Assembly: GCF_020885515.1 (NCBI RefSeq)
Contig: NZ_AP024987.1
Location: 450,001-482,000, forward strand
Length of the DNA: 32,000 nucleotides
Source of the DNA: a cyanobacterium endosymbiont of Braarudosphaera bigelowii
GTDB taxonomy: Bacteria; Cyanobacteriota; Cyanobacteriia; Cyanobacteriales; Microcystaceae
Reading direction: 5' to 3'
Below are positions 1-12,346 of the stretch, piece by piece (the stretch's first letter is position 1; every line of letters starts with the position of its first letter). Made by a program: the position numbers and the translations under genes. The notes beneath the pieces are model-generated. The model searched no databases, was not told where the DNA came from, and was given only the letters and a program-made list of their open reading frames with translations.

Positions 1-1
1 G

Positions 2-706
2 GTTACGAATAAGCTTTATCATGACTCTCGTTTTTGTAATCTTTTACGAACATCAAAAAGCAAAGGCGCAATAGTAGATGAAGTTTCTCTCCAACGTTTA
101 TCCCAAATTACTGATGGTTCTAATCATCAAGGAATAGCTGCTCAAGTCTCTCCTTACTATTACTACACTTTAGATGAATTAATCACACAAGCTAAAGAAA
201 AAAGTGACCAGCCAGTTATTATCATTGCTGATGGTATTGTTGACCCTCAAAACCTAGGATCTATCATCCGTACTTCTGAGGCTATGGGTTGTCAGGGATT
301 AATTATTCCTCAGAGAAGAGCTGCTAGTATTACTTCATCTGTGGCCAAAGTTGCTGCAGGAGCTTTAGAGTCTTTTCCTGTAGCTAGAGTAATTAACTTA
401 AACCGTGCTTTAGAAACTTTAAAAACTGAAGGATTCTGGATTTATGGAACAGTAGCCGAAGGAGGAAAAAAATTACCTAATTTTAACTTTTCTGGTGCTA
501 TTGGTTTGGTTATAGGTTCAGAAGGTAATGGATTAAATTTACTTACTCAACGTTGCTGTGATGAATTACTTTCGATCCCCTTGGAGGGAAAAACTTCCAG
601 TTTGAACGCTTCTATAGCTACCTCGATTAGTATTTATGAAGTTTTTCGTTCTCGTTCTATTGCTAAAAATAACAATTTAAATAATATTTCTACTAAGGGG
701 AGGTAA
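2..706 (+). CDS. rlmB: TrmH/SpoU family RNA 2'-O-methyltransferase (RlmB-like), 5' end truncated by window edge
   Basis: Frame of the supplied ORF (284..706) is open upstream to base 2: ...VTNKLYHDSRFCNLLRTSKSKGAIVDEVSLQRLSQITDGSNHQGIAAQVSPYYYY...VIIIADGIVDPQNLGSIIRTSEAMGCQGLIIPQRRA; C-term GLVIGSEGNGLNLLTQRCCDELLSIPLEGKTSSLNASIATSI carries SpoU motifs. Confidence 0.9.
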   Translation, partial: VTNKLYHDSRFCNLLRTSKSKGAIVDEVSLQRLSQITDGSNHQGIAAQVSPYYYYTLDELITQAKEKSDQPVIIIADGIVDPQNLGSIIRTSEAMGCQGLIIPQRRAASITSSVAKVAAGALESFPVARVINLNRALETLKTEGFWIYGTVAEGGKKLPNFNFSGAIGLVIGSEGNGLNLLTQRCCDELLSIPLEGKTSSLNASIATSISIYEVFRSRSIAKNNNLNNISTKGR

Positions 707-905
707 TAAATATTGGGATTCTATTTTTAGCAATAGAACGAGAATTATTACTTTGCCTTTTTATCCTGAAAACACCATTTGCCAATGGTAGGGTATTTAA
801 CCTTTATTATCTTGATAATTTTAGTTTGTATAATCAGTTAATTAAAAAATTATTATATAAGATAAAAATGCTAGGATAATAACAAAAATATATAAATATA
901 AGTTT

Positions 906-2495
906 ATGTTACAAACAGCTATATCTCCAGTAGTTCTGGTGATTTTAGATGGTTGGGGTTATAGTCTTGAAAAAAATTATAATCCAATTAAGATGGCAAA
1001 AACTCCTGTAATGGATTGTTTATGGGAAGTTTATCCAAAGACACTTATCGAAACATCAGGTAAGTATGTGGGTCTTCCTGAAGGACAAATGGGTAATTCA
1101 GAGGTGGGTCATCTTAACTTAGGTGCAGGACGTATTGTTCCTCAAGAGTTAGTAAGGATTTCTAATACTATTGATGATAAATCATTTTATAATAATGAAG
1201 TTTTAATTAGCCTTTACGAAAAAGTTAAATCTTGTCAAAAAAAATTACATTTAATCGGTCTATGCTCTGAGGGAGGAGTACATTCCCATTTGGATCATTT
1301 GTTAGAATTGTTGAATTTAGCTAAGCAAAGAGAACTAACAGATGTTTGTATTCATGCAATTACGGATGGAAGAGATACGAAAAAAAATGATGGTATTAAA
1401 TCTATTAATAAAATATATCAACATACTGAAAAAATAGGTTTAGGGCGTATTTCTACAATAAGTGGACGTTATTATGCAATGGATAGAGACCAACGTTGGG
1501 AAAGAATTAAATTAGCCTATGATACCATTACTCAAGATGTACTTAAGGACAAATGTTCTGCACTTGATGTACTGAAAAATTCTTATAAAGAAAATAAAAC
1601 TGATGAATTTATTATTCCTACTCGAGTCGATAGTGGAGCTATTGAAGATGGAGATGGAGTAATTTTTTTTAACTTTAGATCAGATCGAACTCGTCAACTA
1701 TGTTCTGCTCTAATAGACAATAATTTCAAGAACTTTAATAGAAAATTAATTACTCCTTTAGAAGTTGTTACCTTTACTAAATATGATGATCAGTTCTCTG
1801 CAAAAGTTGCTTTTAAATCTGAAAATTTGCACTCTACTTTAGGAGAAGTCATATCAAATAATGGTTTAAAGCAATTACGTATAGCAGAAACAGAAAAATA
1901 TCCTCACATAACTTACTTTTTTAATGGAGGTATTGAGCAACCCTTTAAAGGTGAAAGACGGGAATTGATACAAAGTCCCATGGTTTCAACATATGATGAA
2001 GCTCCAGAGATGTCTGCTAAAAAAGTTACTGACAGGGCTTGTTTAGAAATAGAAAAAGGTATTTATTCTTTAATAGTGATTAATTATGCTAATCCTGATA
2101 TGGTAGGGCATACTGGAAATATAGAAGCAACAGTAGAAGCTATCGAAACTGTAGATAATTGCCTAGGGGTACTATTATCGAGTATTAGTAAAGTGGGAGG
2201 TACTACCTTGATAACTGCTGATCATGGTAATGCTGAAACGATGAAAGATAATAATAATAATATTCTAACTTCTCACACCCTTAATCCCGTTCCTTTTATT
2301 CTTGTAGAAGGTGAAAAAAGGAAGATAACTGGTTATGGTGGAAATGTGATTCTTAGAGGCGATAGTAAATTGTCTGATATTGCCCCAACAATTCTTCAGA
2401 TACTTGGGATTCAGCAACCTTCAGAAATGACAGGAAAGTCATGTTTTCAGAACACTATAGAAACAGACAGAAATCTAATTAATTATCCTAGCTAA
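906..2495 (+). CDS. gpmI: 2,3-bisphosphoglycerate-independent phosphoglycerate mutase
   Basis: 529 aa; VVLVILDGWGYS N-terminus, MGNSEVGHLNLGAGR, ITDGRD, TADHGNAE motifs. Confidence 0.96.
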   Translation: MLQTAISPVVLVILDGWGYSLEKNYNPIKMAKTPVMDCLWEVYPKTLIETSGKYVGLPEGQMGNSEVGHLNLGAGRIVPQELVRISNTIDDKSFYNNEVLISLYEKVKSCQKKLHLIGLCSEGGVHSHLDHLLELLNLAKQRELTDVCIHAITDGRDTKKNDGIKSINKIYQHTEKIGLGRISTISGRYYAMDRDQRWERIKLAYDTITQDVLKDKCSALDVLKNSYKENKTDEFIIPTRVDSGAIEDGDGVIFFNFRSDRTRQLCSALIDNNFKNFNRKLITPLEVVTFTKYDDQFSAKVAFKSENLHSTLGEVISNNGLKQLRIAETEKYPHITYFFNGGIEQPFKGERRELIQSPMVSTYDEAPEMSAKKVTDRACLEIEKGIYSLIVINYANPDMVGHTGNIEATVEAIETVDNCLGVLLSSISKVGGTTLITADHGNAETMKDNNNNILTSHTLNPVPFILVEGEKRKITGYGGNVILRGDSKLSDIAPTILQILGIQQPSEMTGKSCFQNTIETDRNLINYPS

Positions 2496-2546
2496 TAATA
2501 TTATTATTGAATATAATAGTATGTAACTACCAAACCATAATATCTT

Positions 2547-2780
2547 ATGAATTTTTCACAGCTTTTACAGATAATTTGGACTATTTCTGCTGTTTTCTTA
2601 ATTTTTCTTATCCTTTTGCATAGTCCCAAAGGAGATGGCATAGGTGGAATTGGCGGACAAGCTCAATTATTTACGTCTACTAAAAGTGCTGAAAAAACTT
2701 TAAATCAAATAACCTGGACTCTTAGTACCATATTTATAGCTATCACAATTATATTAAGTGCAGGATGGTTAAAACCTTAG
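2547..2780 (+). CDS. secG: Preprotein translocase subunit SecG
   Basis: 77 aa, two hydrophobic segments, LLHSPKGDGIGGIGGQAQLFTSTKSAEKTLNQ typical of SecG. Confidence 0.9.
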   Translation: MNFSQLLQIIWTISAVFLIFLILLHSPKGDGIGGIGGQAQLFTSTKSAEKTLNQITWTLSTIFIAITIILSAGWLKP

Positions 2781-2845
2781 ATGTAATTAAACTAATTATG
2801 ATTTTTTAAAAGGAAAGTAATAATCAATACAGATTTTGTAGATAT

Positions 2846-3319
2846 TCAATTAGCTATACTTTCGAAAACTTTGTCTATAAATAATTCCATTTTTTTAGAG
2901 GCAAGAACAGCTAATTGATCGCAACGTTCGTTTTCAGGATGTCCAGCATGTCCTTTAACCCATATAAATTGGACATTATGCTTAGTGCATAAATCTAATA
3001 ATCTTTTCCATAGATCAGAATTTTTAGCTATTTCTTGTTTGTTACGTTTCCAGTCGTTAGACTGCCACTTACTTGCCCATCCTCTATTCATACTATCTAC
3101 TACATACCGAGAATCAGAATAAATACTTACATTGCAAGATTCTATTAAAGATTCTAAGCCAATGATAATAGATATGATCTCCATACGATTATTAGTTGTT
3201 AGTCTATAACCTCCTGACAATTCTTTCCGATACTTATTAAAAACTAATATTGTTCCATAACCCCCTTTGCCAGGGTTACCAGAACAGGCACCATCAGTGT
3301 AAATTTTTAATTTTTTCAA
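2846..3319 (-). CDS. rnhA: Ribonuclease HI
   Basis: 157 aa; IYTDGACSGNPGKGGYG, NNRMEI, YSDSRYVV, WVKGHAGHPENERCDQLA. Confidence 0.96.
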   Translation of the reverse strand: MKKLKIYTDGACSGNPGKGGYGTILVFNKYRKELSGGYRLTTNNRMEIISIIIGLESLIESCNVSIYSDSRYVVDSMNRGWASKWQSNDWKRNKQEIAKNSDLWKRLLDLCTKHNVQFIWVKGHAGHPENERCDQLAVLASKKMELFIDKVFESIAN

Positions 3320-3435
3320 GATTATATACCTTTCTTTTAACCAATATTAATTACTATCTATCTAACATTTTTTGAAAATTAATTTAAATTGTATTAAATA
3401 TTCACTTAATCTATATAGCTTAATTTGTTTAACCT

Positions 3436-3491
3436 AATTTTTTAATGATGAAGAAGCATAAGATAGAATATCTCTTCATCATTAAAAAATT
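3436..3491. repeat. 19-bp perfect inverted repeat (hairpin) at the 3' end of hpnH
   Basis: Left arm AATTTTTTAATGATGAAGA (3436-3454), 18-nt loop, right arm TCTTCATCATTAAAAAATT (3473-3491). Right arm ends on the last base of the hpnH stop codon. Confidence 0.85.
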
Positions 3492-4507
3492 TAAATATTA
3501 ATAATACTACTTAAGGCTCTTTTCATGTTAACGAAATTCATAGCATCGGCAGCAGCTGTCGGTTCATAGCCACAATGTACCATACAATCTTTACATTGTG
3601 GATTATTACTTTTATGGCCATAATCTTCCCATTGAGTATTTTCAATTAATTCTTTAAAAGTTTCATAATGTCCTTCATTAAGTAAGTAACAAGGCTTTTG
3701 CCATCCTAAGACACTATAGCTTGGACTTCCCCAAGGAGTACATTCATAATCTTTCTCTCCCATTAAAAAGTCTAAAAATAAAGGATTGTGATTGAAGTTC
3801 CAATTTTTTTGACCTAGTTTCCACGGCATTAGTATTTCTTGAAATAAAGCTTTTGTTTGTTCCCGCTTTAAAAAGTGCTGTTGGTCTGGAGCCCATTCAT
3901 AACTATATCCCGGAGAAATCATAGTACCATCAGTGTTCAGTGTGTCTAGAAAATCAAGAAATTTTTGTACTTCGTGAGGGTCTGCACCTTCGAAAATAGT
4001 AGTATTCGTAGTTACTCGAAATCCTTTAGCTTTAGCTTTTTTAATAGCACTAACTGCTTTCTGGAAAACACCTTTCCGATCTACACATTTATCATGATGT
4101 TCCTCTAGTCCATCAAGATGTACACTAAAAGCAAAATATGGAGAAGGCTTGAATTTATCTAAACTTTTTTCTAAAAGAAGTGCATTAGTACATAAATATA
4201 CAAATTTTTTTCGTTTGATTAGGCCTTCAACAATTTTGTCAATTTGAGGATGAAGTAATGGCTCTCCTCCTGGAATCGAAACAACTGGGGCTCCACATTC
4301 CTCAACTGCTGCAAAACATTCTGAAGGAGTAAGATTACGAGATAAGACTTCGGGAGAATGCTGAATTTTTCCGCATCCAGAACAGGCCAAATTACAACGA
4401 AATAGAGGTTCTAGCATCAATACAATAGGAAAATATTGGCGACCTTGTAAACGTTGTTTGATAATATAAGCACCAACTTTAAGTGCTTGTTTTAGTTGAA
4501 CAGCCAT
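3491..4507 (-). CDS. hpnH: Radical SAM adenosyl-hopene transferase HpnH
   Basis: 338 aa; [11 protein letters not shown] (CxxxCxxC), [40 protein letters not shown]-terminus. Confidence 0.93.
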   Translation of the reverse strand: MAVQLKQALKVGAYIIKQRLQGRQYFPIVLMLEPLFRCNLACSGCGKIQHSPEVLSRNLTPSECFAAVEECGAPVVSIPGGEPLLHPQIDKIVEGLIKRKKFVYLCTNALLLEKSLDKFKPSPYFAFSVHLDGLEEHHDKCVDRKGVFQKAVSAIKKAKAKGFRVTTNTTIFEGADPHEVQKFLDFLDTLNTDGTMISPGYSYEWAPDQQHFLKREQTKALFQEILMPWKLGQKNWNFNHNPLFLDFLMGEKDYECTPWGSPSYSVLGWQKPCYLLNEGHYETFKELIENTQWEDYGHKSNNPQCKDCMVHCGYEPTAAADAMNFVNMKRALSSIINI

Positions 4508-4735
4508 AAATTTATCTCACACCTTTCATTTTTCCAATATTATAGACTTTCTTAGATATTATTTATAATATGTAGGAAAAATATTTAAGCTATACAAAAT
4601 ATTAAGATAAATTGTAAATGATTAATAATTGTTAAGACACTTTGATAAGTGACTGTAAAATATTTTCAAGAAGAATATGTCAAAATAAAAATATAGAAAG
4701 TCAACTTTTATAAATTCATCTTACTCACAAATTTT

Positions 4736-6547
4736 ATGACCAATGTTCCTGTTTCACAAATTCGAAATTTTTCTATTATTGCTCACATTGATCATGGTAA
4801 GTCAACATTAGCAGATAGAATGTTACAAGTAACGAAGACAGTTGCACAACGAGAAATGAAAGAACAATTTCTCGATAATATGGATCTTGAAAGAGAAAGA
4901 GGAATTACGATAAAACTCCAAGCAGCAAGAATGGAATACAAATCAAAAGATGGTAAAGAATATATAATTAATCTTATTGATACTCCTGGTCATGTTGATT
5001 TTACTTATGAAGTATCTCGTTCCCTAGCTGCTTGTGAAGGAGCTTTGTTAGTAGTAGATTCTTCACAAGGTGTGGAAGCACAGACATTAGCAAATGTTTA
5101 TCTTGCACTAGAAAATAATTTAGAGATTATTCCAGTTTTAAATAAAATAGATCTACCAGGTTCAGAACCAGAAAGAGTATCTAGTGAGATAGAAGAAGTT
5201 ATTGGATTAGATTGTACTAATATTATCAAAGCTTCAGCTAAAGCAAATATTGGGATTGATGAAATTTTAGAGTCTATCGTAAAATTGGTCCCTCCACCTC
5301 AAGACACAACTAATAAACCTCTACGAGCATTGATTTTTGATAGTTATTATGATGCTTATCGTGGAGTAATAGTTTACTTTCGTATCATGGATGGAGTAAT
5401 GAAAAAGGGGGATCTTATTTATTTAATGGCTTCCCAAAAGGAATATGAAATTGATGAACTAGGAGTTCTTTCTCCTAACCAAGTACCTGTAGATTCACTT
5501 CATGCAGGTGAAGTAGGATATTTCTCTGCGGCAATCAAAACAGTTAAGGATGCGCGTGTAGGAGACACTATAACTAGTTTTGCAGAGCCAGCTAAAGATC
5601 CTCTACATGGTTACACGGAAGCAAAACCAATGGTATTTTGTGGTTTATTTCCTATTGATTCAGATCAATATGAAGATTTGCGTGAAGCCTTGAACAAATT
5701 AAAACTTAATGATGCAGCCCTTGTATTCGAACCAGAAACTTCTAGTGCGATGGGCTTTGGATTTCGTTGTGGTTTTCTAGGTTTACTTCATATGGAAGTC
5801 GTCCAAGAACGTTTAGAAAGAGAATACAATCTAGAATTAATAACTACAGCACCTTCGGTAATCTATCGTGTCACTACCATAGATGGGAAAGTGATAAAAA
5901 TAGATAATCCTAGCTTACTACCTGTACCTCAACAACAAGAAAAAGTTGAAGAGCCATATATTAAAGTAGAAATGATTACCCCTGAAATCTATATTGGAAC
6001 CCTAATGGAACTATGTCAAAGTCGTAGGGGTGTATTTAAAGAAATTCGTTACTTTACTTTGTCTAGAACTGCCCTAATATACGAACTACCTCTAGCAGAA
6101 GTAGTTACAGATTTTTTTGATCAGCTTAAATCTAGATCAAAAGGATATGCCAGTATGGAATATGAACTAATAGGCTATAGAGTCAATTCTCTTGTAAAAC
6201 TAGACATTTTAGTTAATGGAGATAGTGTAGATGCTTTAGCTATGATTGTTCATCGTGACAAAGCATATTATGTAGGTCGTGCTTTAACTGAAAAATTAAA
6301 AGAATTAATCCCCCGTCATCAATTTAAGGTTCCAATACAAGCAGCTATCGGTGCAAAGGTTATTGCTAGCGAACATATTCCTGCACTACGAAAAGATGTA
6401 TTAGCTAAATGCTACGGGGGAGATATATCACGTAAGAAAAAACTATTGCAAAAGCAAGCAAAAGGGAAAAAGAGAATGAAATCAGTTGGAACAGTTGATG
6501 TTCCACAAGAGGCATTTATGGCAGTCTTAAAACTTGATCCACAGTAA
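4736..6547 (+). CDS. lepA: Elongation factor 4 (LepA)
   Basis: 603 aa; [83 protein letters not shown]. Confidence 0.98.
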   Translation: MTNVPVSQIRNFSIIAHIDHGKSTLADRMLQVTKTVAQREMKEQFLDNMDLERERGITIKLQAARMEYKSKDGKEYIINLIDTPGHVDFTYEVSRSLAACEGALLVVDSSQGVEAQTLANVYLALENNLEIIPVLNKIDLPGSEPERVSSEIEEVIGLDCTNIIKASAKANIGIDEILESIVKLVPPPQDTTNKPLRALIFDSYYDAYRGVIVYFRIMDGVMKKGDLIYLMASQKEYEIDELGVLSPNQVPVDSLHAGEVGYFSAAIKTVKDARVGDTITSFAEPAKDPLHGYTEAKPMVFCGLFPIDSDQYEDLREALNKLKLNDAALVFEPETSSAMGFGFRCGFLGLLHMEVVQERLEREYNLELITTAPSVIYRVTTIDGKVIKIDNPSLLPVPQQQEKVEEPYIKVEMITPEIYIGTLMELCQSRRGVFKEIRYFTLSRTALIYELPLAEVVTDFFDQLKSRSKGYASMEYELIGYRVNSLVKLDILVNGDSVDALAMIVHRDKAYYVGRALTEKLKELIPRHQFKVPIQAAIGAKVIASEHIPALRKDVLAKCYGGDISRKKKLLQKQAKGKKRMKSVGTVDVPQEAFMAVLKLDPQ

Positions 6548-6761
6548 GTACACGGAAACAAAAAGTTTCATAGACTAAGTTATTTTTTGGCACTATACGA
6601 GAACTTATTTTATATACTATATAAAGCTGATCAGTACTATCCCTTTATATAGGAATAAACATAAATCACTTTGACTCTGATTTTACAGCATGATTTTATT
6701 TTAATAATCTAATTGGATAATATTGAACTGTTTTAATATTTTTAAAACCTAAAATAATAGT

Positions 6762-7556
6762 TTAAATTAAGTTTTTCTGATTATTTATACCTATAAACCC
6801 ATAATTTTGAAAAATATTTTGAGTTTTTTCTACCAAGAGAAAGTTTATAAATTTTCTGGCTTCATCAATGTTTTGACTACTTTTAACTATAGCAATTTGA
6901 TATGTTATTGGTGAATGAAGATTGTAAGGTATATTTGTTAATCTAACATCATTCGCATTTTTTAAATCAGTAATATAAACAATTCCAAGGTCCGCATTTC
7001 CACTTTCTACATAGAAAAGAACTTGGCGTACATTTTTTCCAAAAATAAATTTTGGCTCTAGTTTCTCATAAACTTTTAACGATATCAAAGCTTCTTTGGC
7101 ATATTGTCCAGCAGGCACACTCCTTAATTCTCCTAGTGCAAGTTTTTTAAAATCACCATTTATTAAAGTATTAAGATTAATTTTTTCTATCGATTTACTT
7201 GATGCGACTAAAACCATTGTATTTTTTAAAAATATCTTACTACTTTCTTTGATTAATAAATCCTTTTTCAATAAAAAATCTATTTGTTTTGAAGAAGCAG
7301 AAATAAAAACATCTACTGGTGCTCCTCGTTCGATTTGTTGTTGTAAAGCTCCAGAAGAACCGCTATTATATAAGATCTCAATATCAGAGTTTTTGTTTTG
7401 ATAAATATCCTTCACCAGTTTCATAGCACTATACATACTAGATGGAACTGATATAAATAATTTATTATTATAATTTATTTTTTTATCAGAATTAGGTACT
7501 GTACAAGCAGCCATAGAAGTCAAGAGACTGAGTGCAACAAATTTTTTTCTATTCAT
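6762..7556 (-). CDS. modA: Molybdate ABC transporter substrate-binding protein, probable lipoprotein
   Basis: 264 aa; signal peptide with MAAC lipobox-like Cys; YNSGSSGALQQQIERGAPVDVFISAS; LGELRSVPAGQYAKEAL; GNADLGIVYITD. Confidence 0.88.
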   Translation of the reverse strand: MNRKKFVALSLLTSMAACTVPNSDKKINYNNKLFISVPSSMYSAMKLVKDIYQNKNSDIEILYNSGSSGALQQQIERGAPVDVFISASSKQIDFLLKKDLLIKESSKIFLKNTMVLVASSKSIEKINLNTLINGDFKKLALGELRSVPAGQYAKEALISLKVYEKLEPKFIFGKNVRQVLFYVESGNADLGIVYITDLKNANDVRLTNIPYNLHSPITYQIAIVKSSQNIDEARKFINFLLVEKTQNIFQNYGFIGINNQKNLI

Positions 7557-7917
7557 AATTAAGTTCTATTACTTTATTCAAAAATTATTTCTACAAAAAC
7601 TAAAATTGAGCAAAGGTAATTATTAATATTACAATATTTCACTATCATATTTTTATTTACTCAAAACTATTGAAATTAATAACAAAAGTTAAGAATATTA
7701 ATCAATTAATATTACTAAAAAATTATTATTCACTAACAATTTATATGTACTTGATGTTGTAGAAAAAGTTATTTGTTTTAATGTAAATCAAGTAATTTTT
7801 GTTTTTACCTCATAATTAATTACATATATATTTTAATTTTATATATATTACAAATAGATTAAAATATACATAAATAATACATTATCTAAAATACAAAAAA
7901 TTATCATTCTTTATTAA

Positions 7918-9564
<1,647 letters not shown>

Positions 9565-9774
9565 GTAAATGTTGTAAAAAAAGATTTTTTACGATCTAAT
9601 AATTTATGCTAAATTACTATTATCGATTTTTAAAAAAAGAAATAAAAAAAACTTTTTTCTTATACTTTATCTAAAAGTCGCTATCATAAACGAAGCTGAT
9701 ATTTGTCAAATATTAACTATTTTTTGTATATTTTATCCTAGACGACCACTTAGCAATTTTATATAGATAACATC

Positions 9775-10050
9775 ATGATTGACGCAACTGTCAATACAAT
9801 TGAAGAATTTGATCTTTCTCGTGAAGAGAGGGTCATTGAAATTCAAAACCTCATTGAAACCTTGCGTATTGCTGATGAAATAGCTGAGAAAGGCTATCTA
9901 ATTACCAGTTCTGAATTAGCTGATTTAATGGATATTAATGCCAGTGCTGTTACAAGTCGTGGCGATCACTGGTCATGGCGAAACTGGGTAGTTTCTAGAG
10001 TTCGTAGAGAAGGAAACCAAATTCTCTGGCAACTAGAAAAGATTGATTAA
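9775..10050 (+). CDS. Small conserved-type hypothetical protein with possible winged-helix/HTH character
   Basis: 91 aa complete ORF; segment LITSSELADLMDINASAVTSRGDHWSWRNWVVSRVRREGNQILWQLEKI resembles a small DNA-binding fold by eye. Confidence 0.6.
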   Translation: MIDATVNTIEEFDLSREERVIEIQNLIETLRIADEIAEKGYLITSSELADLMDINASAVTSRGDHWSWRNWVVSRVRREGNQILWQLEKID

Positions 10051-10345
10051 AAATTAGAGACTTTTGGTACTATGAAATAAAAGTCTAGATATAAGCTAAT
10101 TTAATCTTTGAATACTTACTGTAAATTACTCTTAATAATTGAATTACACTTAAGGACTAAAAAGTTATGCTTGTCAAAATACTAGGCTTTCTAATATAGT
10201 TCAGATTACTTACCGAGAATATGATAAAAATATTACACTAGTCATATTCTCTCTTTTTCGTTTTTTCATTAAGTTTTTGATACATAGATACATTTTGATG
10301 AAGTTTAATGCCCCAATATAAATTTATGCTGAGGATTTAAGGATA

Positions 10346-11404
10346 ATGGTGATACAGTCTATCTTTAGTAGAGCCAAATCAAAGAAAGTCTTTAATTCTC
10401 ATGTGCTTTCTATTTTTATTTCTATTTCTGTTCATGTTTTAGCTTTATTTTTAGCCAGTTCTAACTTGACTAATGCATTATCTTTTAGACCCAAGAAAGT
10501 ACATAAAACCTCTGAAAGTATCCAGATAGTAGAATTAGAGTCTATTGAAGAGGCTGAAGTGTTAGTTAAACCTTTAAAGTCTTCAAATATTCAGAATTCC
10601 TCTGATCATGATGAAAACAATAATAGTTCAACAATATCTAAAACTTCTCTTTCAGGTATTACCAAAGATTTATCTATTCCAACAACAACAAATTTTTCTA
10701 AAAATAAAAATGATACTTTTACAAAAGATGAACTAGAAATCAAACCCGATAGTATATCCACTAAAAACAAGTTGAAGAAGAACGAAACTATAGATATAGA
10801 ACTACCTAAAAAAAATTTATTAGATAATCAACTAGTAGATAAAAAAGACGACATTAACAATAAATATAAGACTCAACCAGTTCAGTTAACTAAAGAGCGT
10901 TTATCTGCTGAAAAGCATAGTATGAGAAAACTACGACAAGATCAAATTACAAAAAATCTTTTAGAAGAAACATTAAAAGGGGCTGAGAAATTAATCTATA
11001 ATCATGTGGGTACTCAAAGAGCAGAAGCTAGACAAAAAGATATAGAATGGATGCAAAGAACAGGAATAGCTTTAAAGCTTAATCAGATGATAACTATTGA
11101 AGGTAGTTATCCAAAAAGCGCTTGTAACCTCAATTTAAAAGGCTCTGCTGTTTATAATATTTTTGTAAATAAAAATGGAAAATTAAATGGTTTACCTTTT
11201 ATGACACAAAGCTCAGGTTATGGCATTCTCAACGACCAAGGATTAGATGATATAAAATCATATAATTTTTCTCAACCAACTAGAGTCCGTGTCATATTTG
11301 AACCTAATCATGAAAAGTGCCCTAATTTACCTAAAGTAGAAAGCTCCATAATACCTTCTAAATCTAGTCAAACTACGGATGAATCCAATAATATTAGAGA
11401 ATAA
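10346..11404 (+). CDS. TonB-family-like protein (N-terminal TM, charged linker, C-terminal TonB-like region)
   Basis: 352 aa; single N-terminal TM (SHVLSIFISISVHVLALFLASS), long K/E/S/N-rich linker, C-term GSYPKSACNLNLKGSAVYNIFVNKNGKLNGLPFMTQSSGYGILNDQGLDDIKSYNF. Confidence 0.65.
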   Translation: MVIQSIFSRAKSKKVFNSHVLSIFISISVHVLALFLASSNLTNALSFRPKKVHKTSESIQIVELESIEEAEVLVKPLKSSNIQNSSDHDENNNSSTISKTSLSGITKDLSIPTTTNFSKNKNDTFTKDELEIKPDSISTKNKLKKNETIDIELPKKNLLDNQLVDKKDDINNKYKTQPVQLTKERLSAEKHSMRKLRQDQITKNLLEETLKGAEKLIYNHVGTQRAEARQKDIEWMQRTGIALKLNQMITIEGSYPKSACNLNLKGSAVYNIFVNKNGKLNGLPFMTQSSGYGILNDQGLDDIKSYNFSQPTRVRVIFEPNHEKCPNLPKVESSIIPSKSSQTTDESNNIRE

Positions 11405-11673
11405 ATTAGAATTGTATATTCTTTTAAAACTATTGTTATTGAATATTTTACTTTTAAGAGTTTATATTATTAAAACTCCCACTATATTAGCTTTAACTGA
11501 ATATTCTAATCTTTTGTGGTTAATTGAAATATTTATACTTTTATAGACTAATTAAACTTTCTACTTAAGTATTTTCCACATCATACATTTAAATAAATTA
11601 GCTTGAATAAACTAAAGAAAACATAGTTGATTTTTTAAATTTTTGGGGAAAAGTTAAATACTTTTATAATCCA

Positions 11674-12156
11674 TTAACTATTATAGCTGTAATATAATTG
11701 GAGATCTTTTGCAACATTAATAGGTACGAGATGAGAAATACAGCCACCAAATTGAGCAATCTCTTTAACTGTACTACTACTTAAAAAACTATATTCTTTA
11801 TTAGTTGCTAAGAAAACAGTTTCTAACTCTCTAGCAAGGGTTTTGTTTGTATGGGCCATTTGTAACTCTTTTTCAAAATCAGAAAGAACCCTTAAGCCTC
11901 TTAATAAAACCTTAGCTTGATGAAGCTTTGCATAGTCTACAGTTAATCCCGTAAAGCTATCTACTTCAATTCTAGATAAGTGTTTAGTACATTGACTAAT
12001 TTGTTGTACTCTTTTTTCTACGGAAAATAAGGAATGTTTATTAGGATTACACAAAACTGCAACAATTACTTTTTCAAATAAGATAACTCCTCGCTCAATA
12101 ATGTCAAGATGACCAAGGGTAATAGGATCAAAACTTCCCGGATAAATAGCTATCAT
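11674..12156 (-). CDS. coaD: Pantetheine-phosphate adenylyltransferase
   Basis: 160 aa; [47 protein letters not shown]. Confidence 0.97.
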   Translation of the reverse strand: MIAIYPGSFDPITLGHLDIIERGVILFEKVIVAVLCNPNKHSLFSVEKRVQQISQCTKHLSRIEVDSFTGLTVDYAKLHQAKVLLRGLRVLSDFEKELQMAHTNKTLARELETVFLATNKEYSFLSSSTVKEIAQFGGCISHLVPINVAKDLQLYYSYNS

Positions 12157-12346
12157 AATCTTATTAAATTGGAATGAAATTATAAATTAAACTATTAATG
12201 ATAGTTATACTAAGATAATATATTATCTATTACTTAGTATTGTTCTCGTAAAACGCATATAATGTGTCCTATTGAGTCAAAAATTGCTGTAGAGTAAACT
12301 GAGATAGATGATACAAAACAATGGTTGAGACTACAGACATTAAAAC

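Noticed and set aside
719-738. TTCTATT/AATAGAA 7-bp stem after the rlmB-like gene
   Set aside because: Short AT-rich stem with no U tract directly after it; insufficient support.
6730-6748. GTTTTAA/TTAAAAC 7-bp stem downstream of modA
   Set aside because: Too short and AT-rich to distinguish from background.
7096-7401. 101-aa ORF on + strand
   Set aside because: Lies entirely antisense to modA, which has clear family motifs; sequence shows no domain character.
9576-9600. GTAAAAAA-AGA-TTTTTTAC mini-hairpin after pgm
   Set aside because: Stem is almost all A/T with a 3-nt loop; common by chance in this composition, so not listed as a terminator.
10058-10087. AGACTTTT/AAAAGTCT 8-bp stem just after the 91-aa ORF
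   Set aside because: Possible weak terminator but the stem is short, the loop is 14 nt and no U tract follows.
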